DNA of 63,937 nucleotides, filler included, from Perkinsus olseni (GCA_013115125.1; 57 parts of 57 records of this genome joined end to end with filler, not necessarily neighbours in it), one strand, 5' to 3'; shown: positions 1 through 11,461, counted from the first letter of the whole stretch. A program made the numbers and translations. The notes: generated by a model not told the origin, from the letters alone.

Positions 1-24
1 TTCCCGCGGAGCTTCGCCCGCGTA
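1..24 (-). mobile_element. Possible Helitron 3' subterminal hairpin (terminal CTAG would lie beyond the contig edge)
   Basis: The minus strand reads TACGCGGGCGAAGCTCCGCGGGAA: a CGCGG/CCGCG stem around GCGAAGCT, resembling non-autonomous Helitron 3' hairpins. Confidence 0.4.
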
Positions 25-1052
25 TTTCGGATGTATCCTGCAAACTCGCCGATGTGCGTCAATTTGGAATGTAAGCTCATGACGGGGTCGGTGATCGAGT
101 CCACGGGGAGGGATCTTCACGCTTCTAGGGTTCATAGAGAGATCCTGCTTTTTGGAAAAGTCCGATTCAATATCCGTTATCTGAGGTTGTAGCATGGATT
201 TGCAACACACAGTAGAATGAAACTCGACTTACAGGACTCGAGTCTGCTATAGCCAAAAATCGATTTCTGTGACTACAAGATAAGCTCGAAGTTTGTAGAA
301 GAATTGTGCGAAACACAATTTACATGAATATTGTATAAGACAATATTCATATCCCCAGTCACAATTACACGGCGCTTCGTTGGCGAGGACACGTGTGTAA
401 CAACTATACACAGTGGGAAAGGAAGAATATTACTCTTATCTAGTTTTATGAATGGAATGTAGCTATGTAGATGACCGATCGCTTAAGCGGAGTGAATGGA
501 TAGCACAGCGGATGCCTCCAAGGAATGATGGGGGCAAGGAACTGCGATTGCTCTCACACGTGAAAATTAATTTTCCCCACTTGATGGGAAGCATCAGCCT
601 CCGCAAGCTCGCCCTTATCCGTATTCGGCCGAGCGCACTTCTTTCTTGTCTAGTGCAACCGTACAGATATCTGGAAGCCTGGCCTGCCGACGGAGCAGCA
701 GCATCGTCATCTTCGTCCTCGTGGTGTCCCGTACTAACCCACAGCCTATCAGATGAGAAGCATAGGGATAGAGCGGTCGAATGTGAGGCCTAGCGGATGA
801 CTCAGTCTGGATAGCGGAGGGGCGGAAAATTCGCTGGTCTAGTTCTGGTCGTAAAGTCCATGCTCTTCGGCTGCTGTTCTTTCGTCGTGTTACCAATCAT
901 AGTGAACCCAAGTACTAAGGGTCTCTTGAGAAGACATCATCATTCAATGGGAATTGCTAGGCTAAGATATGGTGCTGAGTGAACAGAGACACTGGCCACC
1001 AGTCACCCAACACAACATCGTAAACTGACTAGATGAGAAAGCTTGATATCAT

Positions 1053-1152
1053 NNNNNNNNNNNNNNNNNNNNNNNNNNNNNNNNNNNNNNNNNNNNTTAA
1101 TTAATTAANNNNNNNNNNNNNNNNNNNNNNNNNNNNNNNNNNNNNNNNNNNN
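1053..1152. other. Artificial contig-joining linker (first of 56; last at 62836-62935)
   Basis: An identical N44-TTAATTAATTAA-N44 block recurs about every 1.1 kb. The 12-mer has stops in all six frames, and the flanking contig lengths decrease monotonically. Confidence 0.99.
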
Positions 1153-1154
1153 TC

Positions 1155-2202
1155 TCTGGCTTCTGGCGTCAACTTGAGGGCAAGCTTCTACGACGAGGAT
1201 GGGATCACGGAGGCCCTGAGCACTTTTACTTGCTTACCAGCCTCCTGCCTGAGAATCTCGTTAATAAGACGGTCGGTAAGGCGGCCCCGACGACACTCTC
1301 CGGCTTCAAGACTACTGTCGAGGAACTCCATACTGCTCTGTCCCGTGAGTACGGTGGGTCTGTTGAGGTTGAGAAGCTGCTGACGGAGAGCATCGTTCGT
1401 GGTCGTAACGAGACCCTCACTGACTTCATCGCTCGCATCGACAATTGGGAGGATCGGTGTTCGACGGCCGGGTCACCAGTGCCGGATGCAACTCTCATAC
1501 AAACCTATCGGTCGGGGGTCAACCATGAGGCCTCTAGGGAGGCCAGCTATGAATACCCTTGCCGTTGGACGGACTTTAGGCTCCGCGCCTTGACGAGGGC
1601 GGCAAGGGTCGACAACGAGAAGCGCCCCAAGTCGGACTCACAGCCGCAAGAACAACTCGGATCGAGGGCACCGCAGAGACCTGCTACCACCTCGTCATCA
1701 TCATCGCCATCTAGACCAGCCCCTGACAAAAAGGGAGAGGTTTGTCGCAACAATCTTCGAGGCCGGTGCGTCAGAGGTGACAAGTGCCCCTACAAGCACA
1801 TCGACCGGGAAGCCTGCCGGCTCTGGGAAGAGAGGGGGCAGTGTCGGTTCGGCGAGTCATGCAAGTTTAGGCATGACAGGTCTTCACAACAGGCGGGGAC
1901 CAGCGCCGGCGAGAAACCATCTGCTGGCGGGCGCCAGCGTGATCAACTGAAGACCATCTCTAACGAGGAGGGAGCGGCTCAGAACGACACTACGGCGGCA
2001 GAGGAAGAGGTTCAGCGGATCTGGGCTATGTCTGAACACGTTGAGGGCTCCGACTCTACTCCTCGGCCAAGCGGTCCACTCTTCAATCTACGGTTCCCTG
2101 ACGGTTCTCCCCCGTTGCGCGCTCTTCTGGATAGTGGCGCCGTGAGGAACTACATCACCGTCGACGAAGCTCAGTCGAGAGGATGGCATGTTGAACCCAT
2201 CA
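1155..2202 (+). mobile_element. LTR retrotransposon gag-protease fragment with two CCCH zinc fingers (partial at both ends)
   Basis: The frame is open across the contig. It has a gag-like segment (ETLTDFIARI), then CRNNLRGRCVRGDKCPYKH and CRLWEERGQCRFGESCKFRH, then the retropepsin motif ALLDSGAVRNYI. Confidence 0.8.
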
Positions 2203-2302
2203 NNNNNNNNNNNNNNNNNNNNNNNNNNNNNNNNNNNNNNNNNNNNTTAATTAATTAANNNNNNNNNNNNNNNNNNNNNNNNNNNNNNNNNNNNNNNNNN
2301 NN

Positions 2303-3350
2303 AACGGAAATGTCTCTCCTCGCCGTGAGGAAGAATCGCAAGCCACCCCCAGGCAGGTGGATGCCGCAGCCGCGGTTACCCGTGATAGGCACGCTCTGCC
2401 CCCGGGTGCCCAACCAGCCAGCGCCTCGTCCTCGTCATCCACGGCGAAGGCGCCGGTTCGGCCTGGCTTTGCGGCTAAGTCCTCTCCGGCTGCTCGGCCA
2501 TCGTTGACCATTGGTATCCCGATCCGCCGTTCCCCTCCTCCACCGGCTCCGCCGGCTAAACAGGCTGGCGTTCCTACCCCGGCTGCGCGGGAGTTCACGG
2601 CTGCCGTAGCTGCTACCCATTACGGTCAGTCATTGGTCGGTTCCGACCATCATCAAGTCGGCAGTCTGAAGCGCTACGCCTTCAACTGGGACGGTTCTTC
2701 TAAAGGCCAGACTGATGTCGAGGAATTCCTCGACAAGCTCAACATCATTGCAACTGGCCTTCAGCTCTCCGACGAGGCGACCCTCTGTCTACTGACACTT
2801 AGTGTCACGGATGGCGCGTACGCTACGGTGAGTTCTCTGCTGGGTCGTTCCACCGAATCGGCCGCGACCCGCTTGACGACTGTCAAGGCTGAGCTCCGCC
2901 GCCGGTATGGCGCGACCCCTGTGAAGTCCTTTAAGGACCTCTCCAAGGTGGTCCTTACGGACTTCGATTCAATCGACGCCCTCGCTGTTAAGCTCCGAAA
3001 ACTGACGATTCAGGCCTTTCCGGCCCTTCATGCGGACGCCGTGGACCAAGTGTGCAAAATGTTCTTTTTCTCCCTGTTGCCGGAGAACCATAGCGCCACT
3101 GCACAGTTGCTCCCTTCTATGTTGGATACCGAGAAATCCACGGCTCAGCTGGTTCACTTAGCCCGGCATTCCTTTGAGGACTTGATGGCGCAGAATCAGG
3201 CTTCCCGCATTCTTGCGGTAGCTCCGTTCTACGGTCAGAGCTCTCACTCTGGCAAGGGCAAAGGGTCCGGTGGCAAGGGTCGCGGATCTGGCAAAGGCAA
3301 GGGCAAGGGCCGTTTTGGTCTACATAAGCCCCTTGGTAAGCCCTTTTGCG
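2303..3350 (+). mobile_element. Retrotransposon Gag-like ORF (partial)
   Basis: Open frame across the contig. A Pro/Ala-rich N-part is followed by FNWDG..DVEEFLDKL (gag capsid-like), ELRRRYG and a GKGKG-rich tail ending in KPFC (possible knuckle start). Confidence 0.65.
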
Positions 3351-3450
3351 NNNNNNNNNNNNNNNNNNNNNNNNNNNNNNNNNNNNNNNNNNNNTTAATT
3401 AATTAANNNNNNNNNNNNNNNNNNNNNNNNNNNNNNNNNNNNNNNNNNNN

Positions 3451-3525
3451 CTAGCAACACTCGCAGCTGAGCCGCTAGACGTGCAACATAAGATCAGGAG
3501 GTACTGAGATGTGATGGAGATCGTT
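3451..3525 (+). repeat. Dispersed repeat, inverted homolog at 59626-59698
   Basis: CTAGCAACACTCGCAGCTGAGCCGCTAGACGTGCAAC aligns with the reverse complement of 59651-59698 (CTAGCACCACTCGCAGCTGAGCCGCTAGACATGCAAC). Confidence 0.85.
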
Positions 3526-4596
3526 TCAACCGACGCTACGCTTAGGCCATATACCGTGAGCAAACCACAGCATAATAGAACATGTTACTAGGTTCTGCAT
3601 GTGAGAGATATATGCGAGGGAGGTCAAGCATAGGCAAAAGAACAGAGAGCGATGAACGCGCGATGCAGATGCGAGAGAAGATGTGTGCGGCCCGGGCAGC
3701 TCCCCGACGGAGGACGCTGCCCGGGCCGCAAGATTGACGTGTGACGTCGTGGTTGAGCATAGACTCACCGGCTTGCAAGGTTGAAAAAACTGAATCCCTG
3801 GGCGTCATTCGTACTGGCAAACATGTCATGCCCATCTTCCCGAGCAAACCGCAAGGCGAAAATATGCGACATAGTATCTTATACCTCGAGCAGTAGTCTC
3901 GTTTTGCAGCACGGGTACATGCCAGCCTGTGATGCACAGGACATGATTCCCAAGTCGGGAGCATCGCGATATCAGAGCTGTACACAGGGCCACTAACGGC
4001 CTCCTTGTCTCGAGCCCAAACACCGAAAACCGAAGCCCAGTCCGGCTGCCATGGCGTGCGCTTTCTTGTTAATGTTAGCGCGCGCCCCCACGACGATGTT
4101 CGTAGGTAGAGCCGCAACCAACGCGATTCAACCTCCCAGACATTAGGATATGGATCTTATTGCTGTTGGGAATATTCTTGTCAATTTTCGTACGAAATGT
4201 GGCTCATTTGAAGCCTGCACAGCGCGCGAAAGAAAATTGTGAAACGTGCACCATTGTGGCAGCGGAGCGTAGTTCTGTCCCTTTTGTGCGCCGCGTCACC
4301 TGAATTTCCCACGAGAAATGGTTGGTTTGTATCGTGGATGTTTTCGTTTGACATAAGCCTTTGCAGGATTACTCATATGCATGGTAGGAGTAGTCATGCA
4401 AAGTTTGAGAAAAAAGTATCGGCGAATTTCGAAAATCGCTCTGAGTCGATGCAGATGTAATATGGTTGTTTCCGGTGGCAGAGACCACCCGCGCTCNNNN
4501 NNNNNNNNNNNNNNNNNNNNNNNNNNNNNNNNNNNNNNNNTTAATTAATTAANNNNNNNNNNNNNNNNNNNNNNNNNNNNNNNNNNNNNNNNNNNN

Positions 4597-4645
<49 letters not shown>

Positions 4646-4646
4646 G
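4597..4646. repeat. (TTG)n microsatellite at contig edge
   Basis: A perfect TTG run of about 50 bp. Confidence 0.97.
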
Positions 4647-5741
4647 AGCGCAGACTCTAATTCAGTGTTGCGTTCTCGTGAGCTCGGAAGGAGTGACATA
4701 TCATCTTTCATTCAACGGCACCCAAGACCGCTACAGTTGACCGTCCCGCGCGACTTTGAATCGTCGTGAAGTCCCACTGGACAACTTCCAATAGAATCTA
4801 GCGGCCCCGAATCAGTCGCAACGCCTTGTTCTGCCAGGACGTGGCGGCGACATCACTGGACCACTCATCATGTGGGACGCAGGTTGTGTCTCGCGTTAAC
4901 GACGGCTCCCTAGCCAGGGCTTACCGATTGCGGGTACTCCGCACACGGCGGCTAATACATCATCCAGCATGTAGAACATTCAATGAGAGTTGACGTCTAT
5001 CGGAATTAGCTTCCTCAGGACCTTTCCTTTGCCTACAGCACCGCCTCGGGTTGCCTTAGGTGGCTATAGATAACAGGGGAAGGCGTCATCCACTTAGCCG
5101 GTACAGAACGAGGTTGTATGAGCGTGTGATCCAATTCAATCACAAGCACGGCCACAGCGTCGGAGACTTTTTGCCGGAATGCCGATCGCAATGATCCTCT
5201 ATACTTCAACTCGGTGAACTCAAGTTGGTTGAGACGAGAACTAGAAAGAGGGAGACTCGGACTCGCTAAGAATAAGATAACAGAAGGATCACCTGCAATC
5301 GGAATCGAAATTGCATCACCAGAATCGGAAAAGGTATTGTACCAATCTAACATGGTGGTAACATACTCAATGCGCTTACAGCAACAATGCCCCATGTCGG
5401 TGGAGATCGCGAAGGGCGAATAGAGCCCAGCTTGGACGTGCTCTGCGAAGATATCAGATAACGGCAAGACAGCACAACTGCAAATTTTGCAGTGCAAAAG
5501 TTGATGAGAGGAAGATCGATTTTCATCTCATCGTCATACCCTGTTGCCGCCGAGCAGGCAGGATCAAAACCGGAAAGAAGCAACATAGCTAGCGAGTCAG
5601 GCAGGGTCGATCTGGGAGACTATGGAGGTTACCCGCCCGAANNNNNNNNNNNNNNNNNNNNNNNNNNNNNNNNNNNNNNNNNNNNTTAATTAATTAANNN
5701 NNNNNNNNNNNNNNNNNNNNNNNNNNNNNNNNNNNNNNNNN

Positions 5742-6786
5742 TCCGGCGACTCTGAAGTTCGTCCAGTCGACTCCGCCATGATCAACGCCTCTGGCACTCG
5801 TCCTGTCGACTCCGTCCAGTCCGGCGACTCTGAAGTTCGCCCCGTCGACTCCGTCCTGTCCGGCGACTCTGGCGCTGGCGACTCGCTCCTCCTACCGGCG
5901 ACCACGACTTGCACCGCTGACTTCGACGTTGTTCAGCCTGTGCAGATTCTGCCGGAGGTCACCATTGACGCCCTCTTCGACGACATCCCTGTGCGATGTG
6001 TTGTCGACTCCGCGGCGGGCCACTCCTACGTCGCGTCATGTGATGTCGCGGCGTTAAGAACGGCATCACTACGACTCGACCACTGCTCCAACGTCAAAGT
6101 GGCGAATGGTTCCGTGGTCACTGTGAACCACTGCCTCCTAGGCCGGCTGACTCTGCTTGACTGCACTTCACGACGGCCTGTCTGCTCCGACCACATTGAG
6201 GTCCGAGTCCTGCCTTCCCCTAGCAGTCTTGGCCATGGTGAGCGGCCGACTATCCTTCTCGGTCGCGATCTCATGGACAAGCTTTCCATTGTGGTGCAGG
6301 CTCGCCGGTGCTCTCGTGCGGGGCATGTGCTCTACGACTACCCTGTGAACGTCGATGAGCTGTGCTCGCTACTGATTGACGACGACCGAGTCCTGCGTCT
6401 TGCTGCTGATGGAGTCGGGAAGCCGGTGGACGCGTCGTCTGACGCGAATGAGTTCGTCTCGCTTTCGGTGTCTACAGAGGGGCATAAGAAGGCCGAGTGC
6501 TACTGTCGGAGTCTCCAAGTGAGGGAGCCCTTCGCCGATGACCAGCGAGGATTCTACTCGACTCTGGTACCCCTCGGTCCTTCTTCTGAACGGTTCCCTC
6601 TACACCAGACCCATCAATGGCAGATCTGTTGTCCGGCGCCTAAGGAGATCCGTCGCGGTCACTCCTATGCTGAGAAGATGTACGGCCAGCTCTCCACTGA
6701 CCGCCTTGCTCAATACACTGCCTTGGTCGACCAGTATCTCCAACGCCGTCACTGGACTCCGATGGCAGGGGACGCCGGTGTCGGGG
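5742..6786 (+). mobile_element. LTR retrotransposon pol fragment: aspartic protease and start of a Bel/Pao-like RT region
   Basis: Motifs CVVDSAAGHSYV, VKVANG and ILLGRDLM give a retropepsin fold. The C-terminal YTALVDQYL resembles the pre-RT segment of Bel/Pao. A 13-aa degenerate repeat (SGDSEVRPVDS) lies at the 5' end. Confidence 0.7.
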
Positions 6787-6886
6787 NNNNNNNNNNNNNN
6801 NNNNNNNNNNNNNNNNNNNNNNNNNNNNNNTTAATTAATTAANNNNNNNNNNNNNNNNNNNNNNNNNNNNNNNNNNNNNNNNNNNN

Positions 6887-7256
6887 TAGTCGCAGGGGCA
6901 GCGGTGGTGGTCGCAGGGGCAGCGGTGGTAGTCGCAGGGGCAGCGGTGGTAGTCGCAGGGGCAGCGGTGGTAGTCGCAGGAGCCTCGGTACTGTGAGGAA
7001 CCGGGGTAGAGGAGACGGCTGAGCAGGCTACGGGCTCACCGACGCAGTCCTTGTCGGTAGGCTGGAAGCAAACGGAACCATCAGCCTTCTTGAGGAGACC
7101 AAAGCAAACGGCGGGGCTCTTCCACGACTTGCAGTAGGAGCCATACTTGGCAATCTTGCAGCCCTCGACATCATTGCAGAGAGAAATACAGGAATCCTCA
7201 GCAGCCACAAGAGAGGCAGAGGCAACAGCCAGGAAGGTGGCGATGGTGAAGCGCAT
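6887..7256 (-). CDS. Secreted 8-Cys domain protein with Thr/Ala/Pro mucin-like repeats (3' truncated)
   Basis: Signal peptide MRFTIATFLAVASASLVAA, then a roughly 60-aa domain with 8 Cys, then PATTTAA tandem repeats (21 bp) running off the contig. Confidence 0.85.
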
Positions 7257-8030
7257 TTGAAATCGAGTGTTTAACCAGTAACTATGAGGACACTACTGAG
7301 CTCATACTATTGACCCAACTACTAATATCACTGGCCGAAGGGCTCTCGCATCTTAAGTATAAGAATAGCAGACTTGCGTTAAACCAACAGTACAGAGATC
7401 GACCAATGATATGATGAGCGAACTGACGTCGCATACTGATACTGTCTGCTCCTTTGAGCACTCACCGCAGCTAACACAATCGTCAAGCTAGAGCCCCGTC
7501 CCCTTATTGACGCCGCTCCATCAACTTGCACGAGGAAGTGTATCCGTTGTGTCGAGTTCGCTCGCCGTTCCTCGTCCTCATTGAGGGCAATTTCAAGGGA
7601 CTGTCGTATTGGAAGAAAAAGCACCAGTATTGACAGTGTAATGGGCTCAAAGCACTGACCGGTCCTTTGTGCAATATGTCCCACTCGAATAGCTGAGATA
7701 GGCCACCGCTGCCCCGTAGTGCTTGTATCACGGAGGCTACACAAAAATTGTCCCGACAGTGCGTAGCCCAGCCGACAGCTCAACTCCCGTTGACCTTTGG
7801 ACTGGTCTTTAGCGCACGAGCCGCTGCCAATTATGATCAAAAGACTCGCACTCATTACTACACCATTTCCAGACCTACTTAGTAAAACCCTAGACCAAAT
7901 TAGTAAATCCCCAGAGCAATTTAATAAAGCNNNNNNNNNNNNNNNNNNNNNNNNNNNNNNNNNNNNNNNNNNNNTTAATTAATTAANNNNNNNNNNNNNN
8001 NNNNNNNNNNNNNNNNNNNNNNNNNNNNNN

Positions 8031-9073
8031 TGTGTGGATATCGAGTCGGCCTTCGAGTCAATGGACATCGACCCGGAGTCCTCCAAGCTGTTCTGCTTCA
8101 ACATCATGGGTGAGATTATCCAGAGTGTTGTCGCTCTCCAAGGCTTCGCCTACAGTGCCTTGTTCTGGGTCTACCATCTGCGCCATGGCCTACAAGCCGC
8201 TCTCGGTCCCAGTTTCAAGACCATTTGCGCGGTGTTCGTCGACGACATCTTGGTCTTCGGCAGAACCTATCGCGAATGCTTAGCTAGAAGACGTGTCGTG
8301 GTGGCGGCACTCAAGGCACTACTGAAGATCATCTCCCCTAAGACCAGTGATGAAATCACTCAAGAGATCGAGTGTGTCGGTCTTCGATGGTCCAAGAATG
8401 GGGTGTGCCTCAACACTGAGAACGAGAAGACCCTAAGGGAGGCGTTGGCCACTAAGCCCAAAGGCTCGGCTCAACTCCGTCGACTGCTTGGCAGCATCAA
8501 CTTCGCCCAAGGGGCTTTCCCAGGGTTCAAGATGAGGAGCGAGCTGGGGGAGGCCAAGAAGGTTCTACATGGGCTGGTCAACGTCAAGCCGTTCCGACTC
8601 ACTGACCAAGGCGAAGCCGCTCTGTCCGTTCTCCGCAGCAACTTCGCCAACCTACCCCTCGCCTTGCACTCCTATGATGAGCTAATTGATGGGGAAGGCC
8701 AGGTTTGGGTCATCATGTGCGACGCCTCGGACCTCTCTATCGGCGGAGCTCTATACCGGTATCATGGTACGGCTATTGAGGTGGACGCCGATGCCGTGCA
8801 GCAAGCTGATAAGTCCTTCCTGTGCGCTGTCTTCAGCAAGGGTCTAACTCAATGTCAACAAGCATGGGCAACCTATGAGAAGGAGGTGTACAGCGTCATG
8901 GTGGCAATGTCCCGCTGGTTTAGGTTAATTGTCGCTACCACAAGGCCGGCCCCTGCAACCACAGGCGATGGTTTAACAACCCCAAAGGTGGTTATCTTGA
9001 CCGACTCCATGGTCTGCCTGTATCGGTGGAAGGACTTCAAGCTCCCCGAGAGCCCATTGAGCAGCGTCAAGAG
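8031..9073 (+). mobile_element. Ty3/Gypsy-like pol fragment: reverse transcriptase + RNase H
   Basis: RT motifs DIESAFES, LQGF, FVDDILVFG and LRRLLGSINF. RNase H motifs CDASD, YEKEVYSV and LTDS. Confidence 0.92.
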
Positions 9074-9174
9074 NNNNNNNNNNNNNNNNNNNNNNNNNNN
9101 NNNNNNNNNNNNNNNNNTTAATTAATTAANNNNNNNNNNNNNNNNNNNNNNNNNNNNNNNNNNNNNNNNNNNNG

Positions 9175-10216
9175 TCTGCTGTCTATCAACCGGTCGTGGA
9201 GCTCTGCAACATCGCCATCGACCATGCCCCCGAAGAGTCCTACCCTGACTTGAGCGTCGAAGACCTTGTGCCTGACGATCTCCTGCGAGATCTTACTGAT
9301 GCTGCTATCCCTAAGAGGAAGAAGTCTGCAACTCCTTCCCCGGTCGAAGATCATGCTGACAAGGTTCCCGACGAGAAGTGCTCTGTCTTCGGTTGGGAGC
9401 TACTCCCACCAGCTGATGACGCCCCCTATGGACGGTTCCAACTGCAAGTCCCATGGAAAGGCCAAGAGCGCCCTACGTCTGATGGGAATCAACGGTGCCT
9501 ACGTCGTGCAGTGGCTACTGATGCTCGACTCACTCCACTTCAACGCAGTGACTACTTGGACGTGTTCTCCAGCCTTTTCGAGAACCACTTTGTCGACACG
9601 GGTAGCTCCGACGTGGTCCACCTCGTGCCCTCTATGCCCGTGTTTCGAGAGCATGCTGCTTCGACTCGGGTGAGACTGGTCCTTGATCCTTCCCAAGAGT
9701 TGAACCCCCTCTGCCACTCTGGGCCCGCTGCATCTGATGACTACCTTGGCTGTTCCTTGCTGGCCAACTTGCATCTCAGTCGTGTCGCCCCCTTCATCAT
9801 AACCGGTGATATCTCGAAGGCCTTTCACAGGATATCCATCTGTTCTCAAGACAGGCCTTACTTCGGTATGGTCTTCCGGATTGGTCACGACTTGGTTACG
9901 GCTAAGTGGCGGGTTCTGATCTTCGGGGCTAACTTCGCCCCATCGGCTCTTACTCAAGCACTGTGCGGCTGCGTGGTTCTGGCGGACTACGACTCTGGCT
10001 ACCTCTCTCGTGAAGAAGCTCGTCAGCTAGACCCGGTTGTGGCTCAGGTCATTGACACCTTCGACGACAACCGTGCCTCAGGCGACTCCGCCGCCACTGA
10101 CCCCGCTAGTTCTGAACTTCCCCCACAGTTCCGTGGTAAGGTCAGCATCTATGTCGACGACACCCAGAGCCGTGGAGATGACATCCGGTCCGTCACTCGC
10201 TGTGCCGACGCCCTCG
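9175..10216 (+). mobile_element. Bel/Pao-like reverse transcriptase fragment
   Basis: Motifs PVFRE..STRVRLVLD, LNPLCHSGP, GDISKAFHRISI, FGANFAP and YVDD. Confidence 0.88.
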
Positions 10217-10316
10217 NNNNNNNNNNNNNNNNNNNNNNNNNNNNNNNNNNNNNNNNNNNNTTAATTAATTAANNNNNNNNNNNNNNNNNNNNNNNNNNNN
10301 NNNNNNNNNNNNNNNN

Positions 10317-10703
10317 CAAGTGTACTTCCTATTCGTGGACGGAGCGCGAGCCGCCGCTAAGACCATAGACATCGTGTCGGTGCTCACTGTAGGTATACCT
10401 CTCGATTTAGACCCCACAACGCGAACAGACGGACGAAGGGCATATGGCTCCGACCCGGAACCATTTCGATGACGAGGGTGGGTAAACGAGCTTCTGAGGA
10501 CACCTCCCGACTTAACAGCCGGACGCACCGCTACCGACTGAACCTAAGGACAGCCCGCTGCAAGCATAAACAAAACAGTTTGTCTACGCAAGGCCCACCT
10601 CCGAAGCCTCAGCCAGCTCCAAACGACTCGACGCACCCCCATAAATCTTCGGGCATCTCAACTCCAGCACCTGGGCGACCTTGCCGGCGATGTGAGGATC
10701 CAT
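10317..10703 (-). mobile_element. Probable N-terminus of the element's tyrosine recombinase ORF, possibly spliced (intron 10544-10598)
   Basis: It lies downstream of the RNase H and ends in AAARAPSTNRKY, similar to SSRSANTLTKI in the clear YR at 52989-53756. An ATG at 10703 joins it in frame through a 55-nt GT-AG segment. Confidence 0.45.
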
Positions 10704-10869
10704 AGGAAGCACCCTGGAACCAACATCAACAAAACAACCCAGAAACACACCTGGTCTCACGTAGAACTCCCGGAATCAACACAGACGCAACGACGGATGG
10801 ATAAGGAAGAAACTACAATGAACAGCTCTCCGTACCAGTAGGCTGCACTAGCGCACAACTAGAGCTCCC

Positions 10870-11359
10870 CTAACCCCCAAGGAGCTCCTCCTCCTCGCTA
10901 ACCGTAAAATATGCCGGTAGCTCGCCCACAGAAGCACCAAGCAAACGCTCGATGAACTTCGAGACAGGCACACGCCTTCCCAGGGCCCGCGCCACACGCT
11001 GGCGAGGCCTAACGCCCCGAGATAAACCGTCACTAATCTCGTTACTCACGCCCGGCACATGGAAGGCTCGCACCTGCCGGCCTACGCGTCTGCACGCAAC
11101 CAACCTGGCCCACAGTTCCGCCATGCGAGGGACACTGCTGGAGCCTTTATTTACTACATGTATCGCCGCCGTATTGTCGCTCAGGATAGTGCACTCACCC
11201 CCTGACTCATCTTGGATCTCGCCCACAATGAGCAAACCCAACACTATCGCCAAGAGTTCCAGCCTCGAAATATCCCCTGAGACAAACGTGTCTCCCATCA
11301 ACTGTCGAAGCGCCATGTCACCGGATTGTCTGAGGTTCAGCGCGAACCATAGGCGTAGA
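10870..11359 (-). mobile_element. DIRS/Ngaro-like retroelement RNase H (C-terminal end of pol)
   Basis: Motifs ISRLELLAI, SDNTAAIHVVNKGSS and HVPGVSNEISDGLSRG are typical of DIRS-group RNase H. Confidence 0.85.
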
Positions 11360-11461
11360 NNNNNNNNNNNNNNNNNNNNNNNNNNNNNNNNNNNNNNNNN
11401 NNNTTAATTAATTAANNNNNNNNNNNNNNNNNNNNNNNNNNNNNNNNNNNNNNNNNNNNTT

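Noticed and set aside
1097-1108. Regularly spaced TTAATTAATTAA repeats with unique intervening sequence (CRISPR-like or piggyBac TTAA-like)
   Set aside because: It is a synthetic six-frame stop linker embedded in N runs. ORF-track endings such as XXXLIN are artefacts of it.
1153-10216. An apparent gag, gag, protease, RT, RT series suggesting one large element or cluster
   Set aside because: Each piece is a separate contig joined by artificial linkers, and the pieces belong to different superfamilies.
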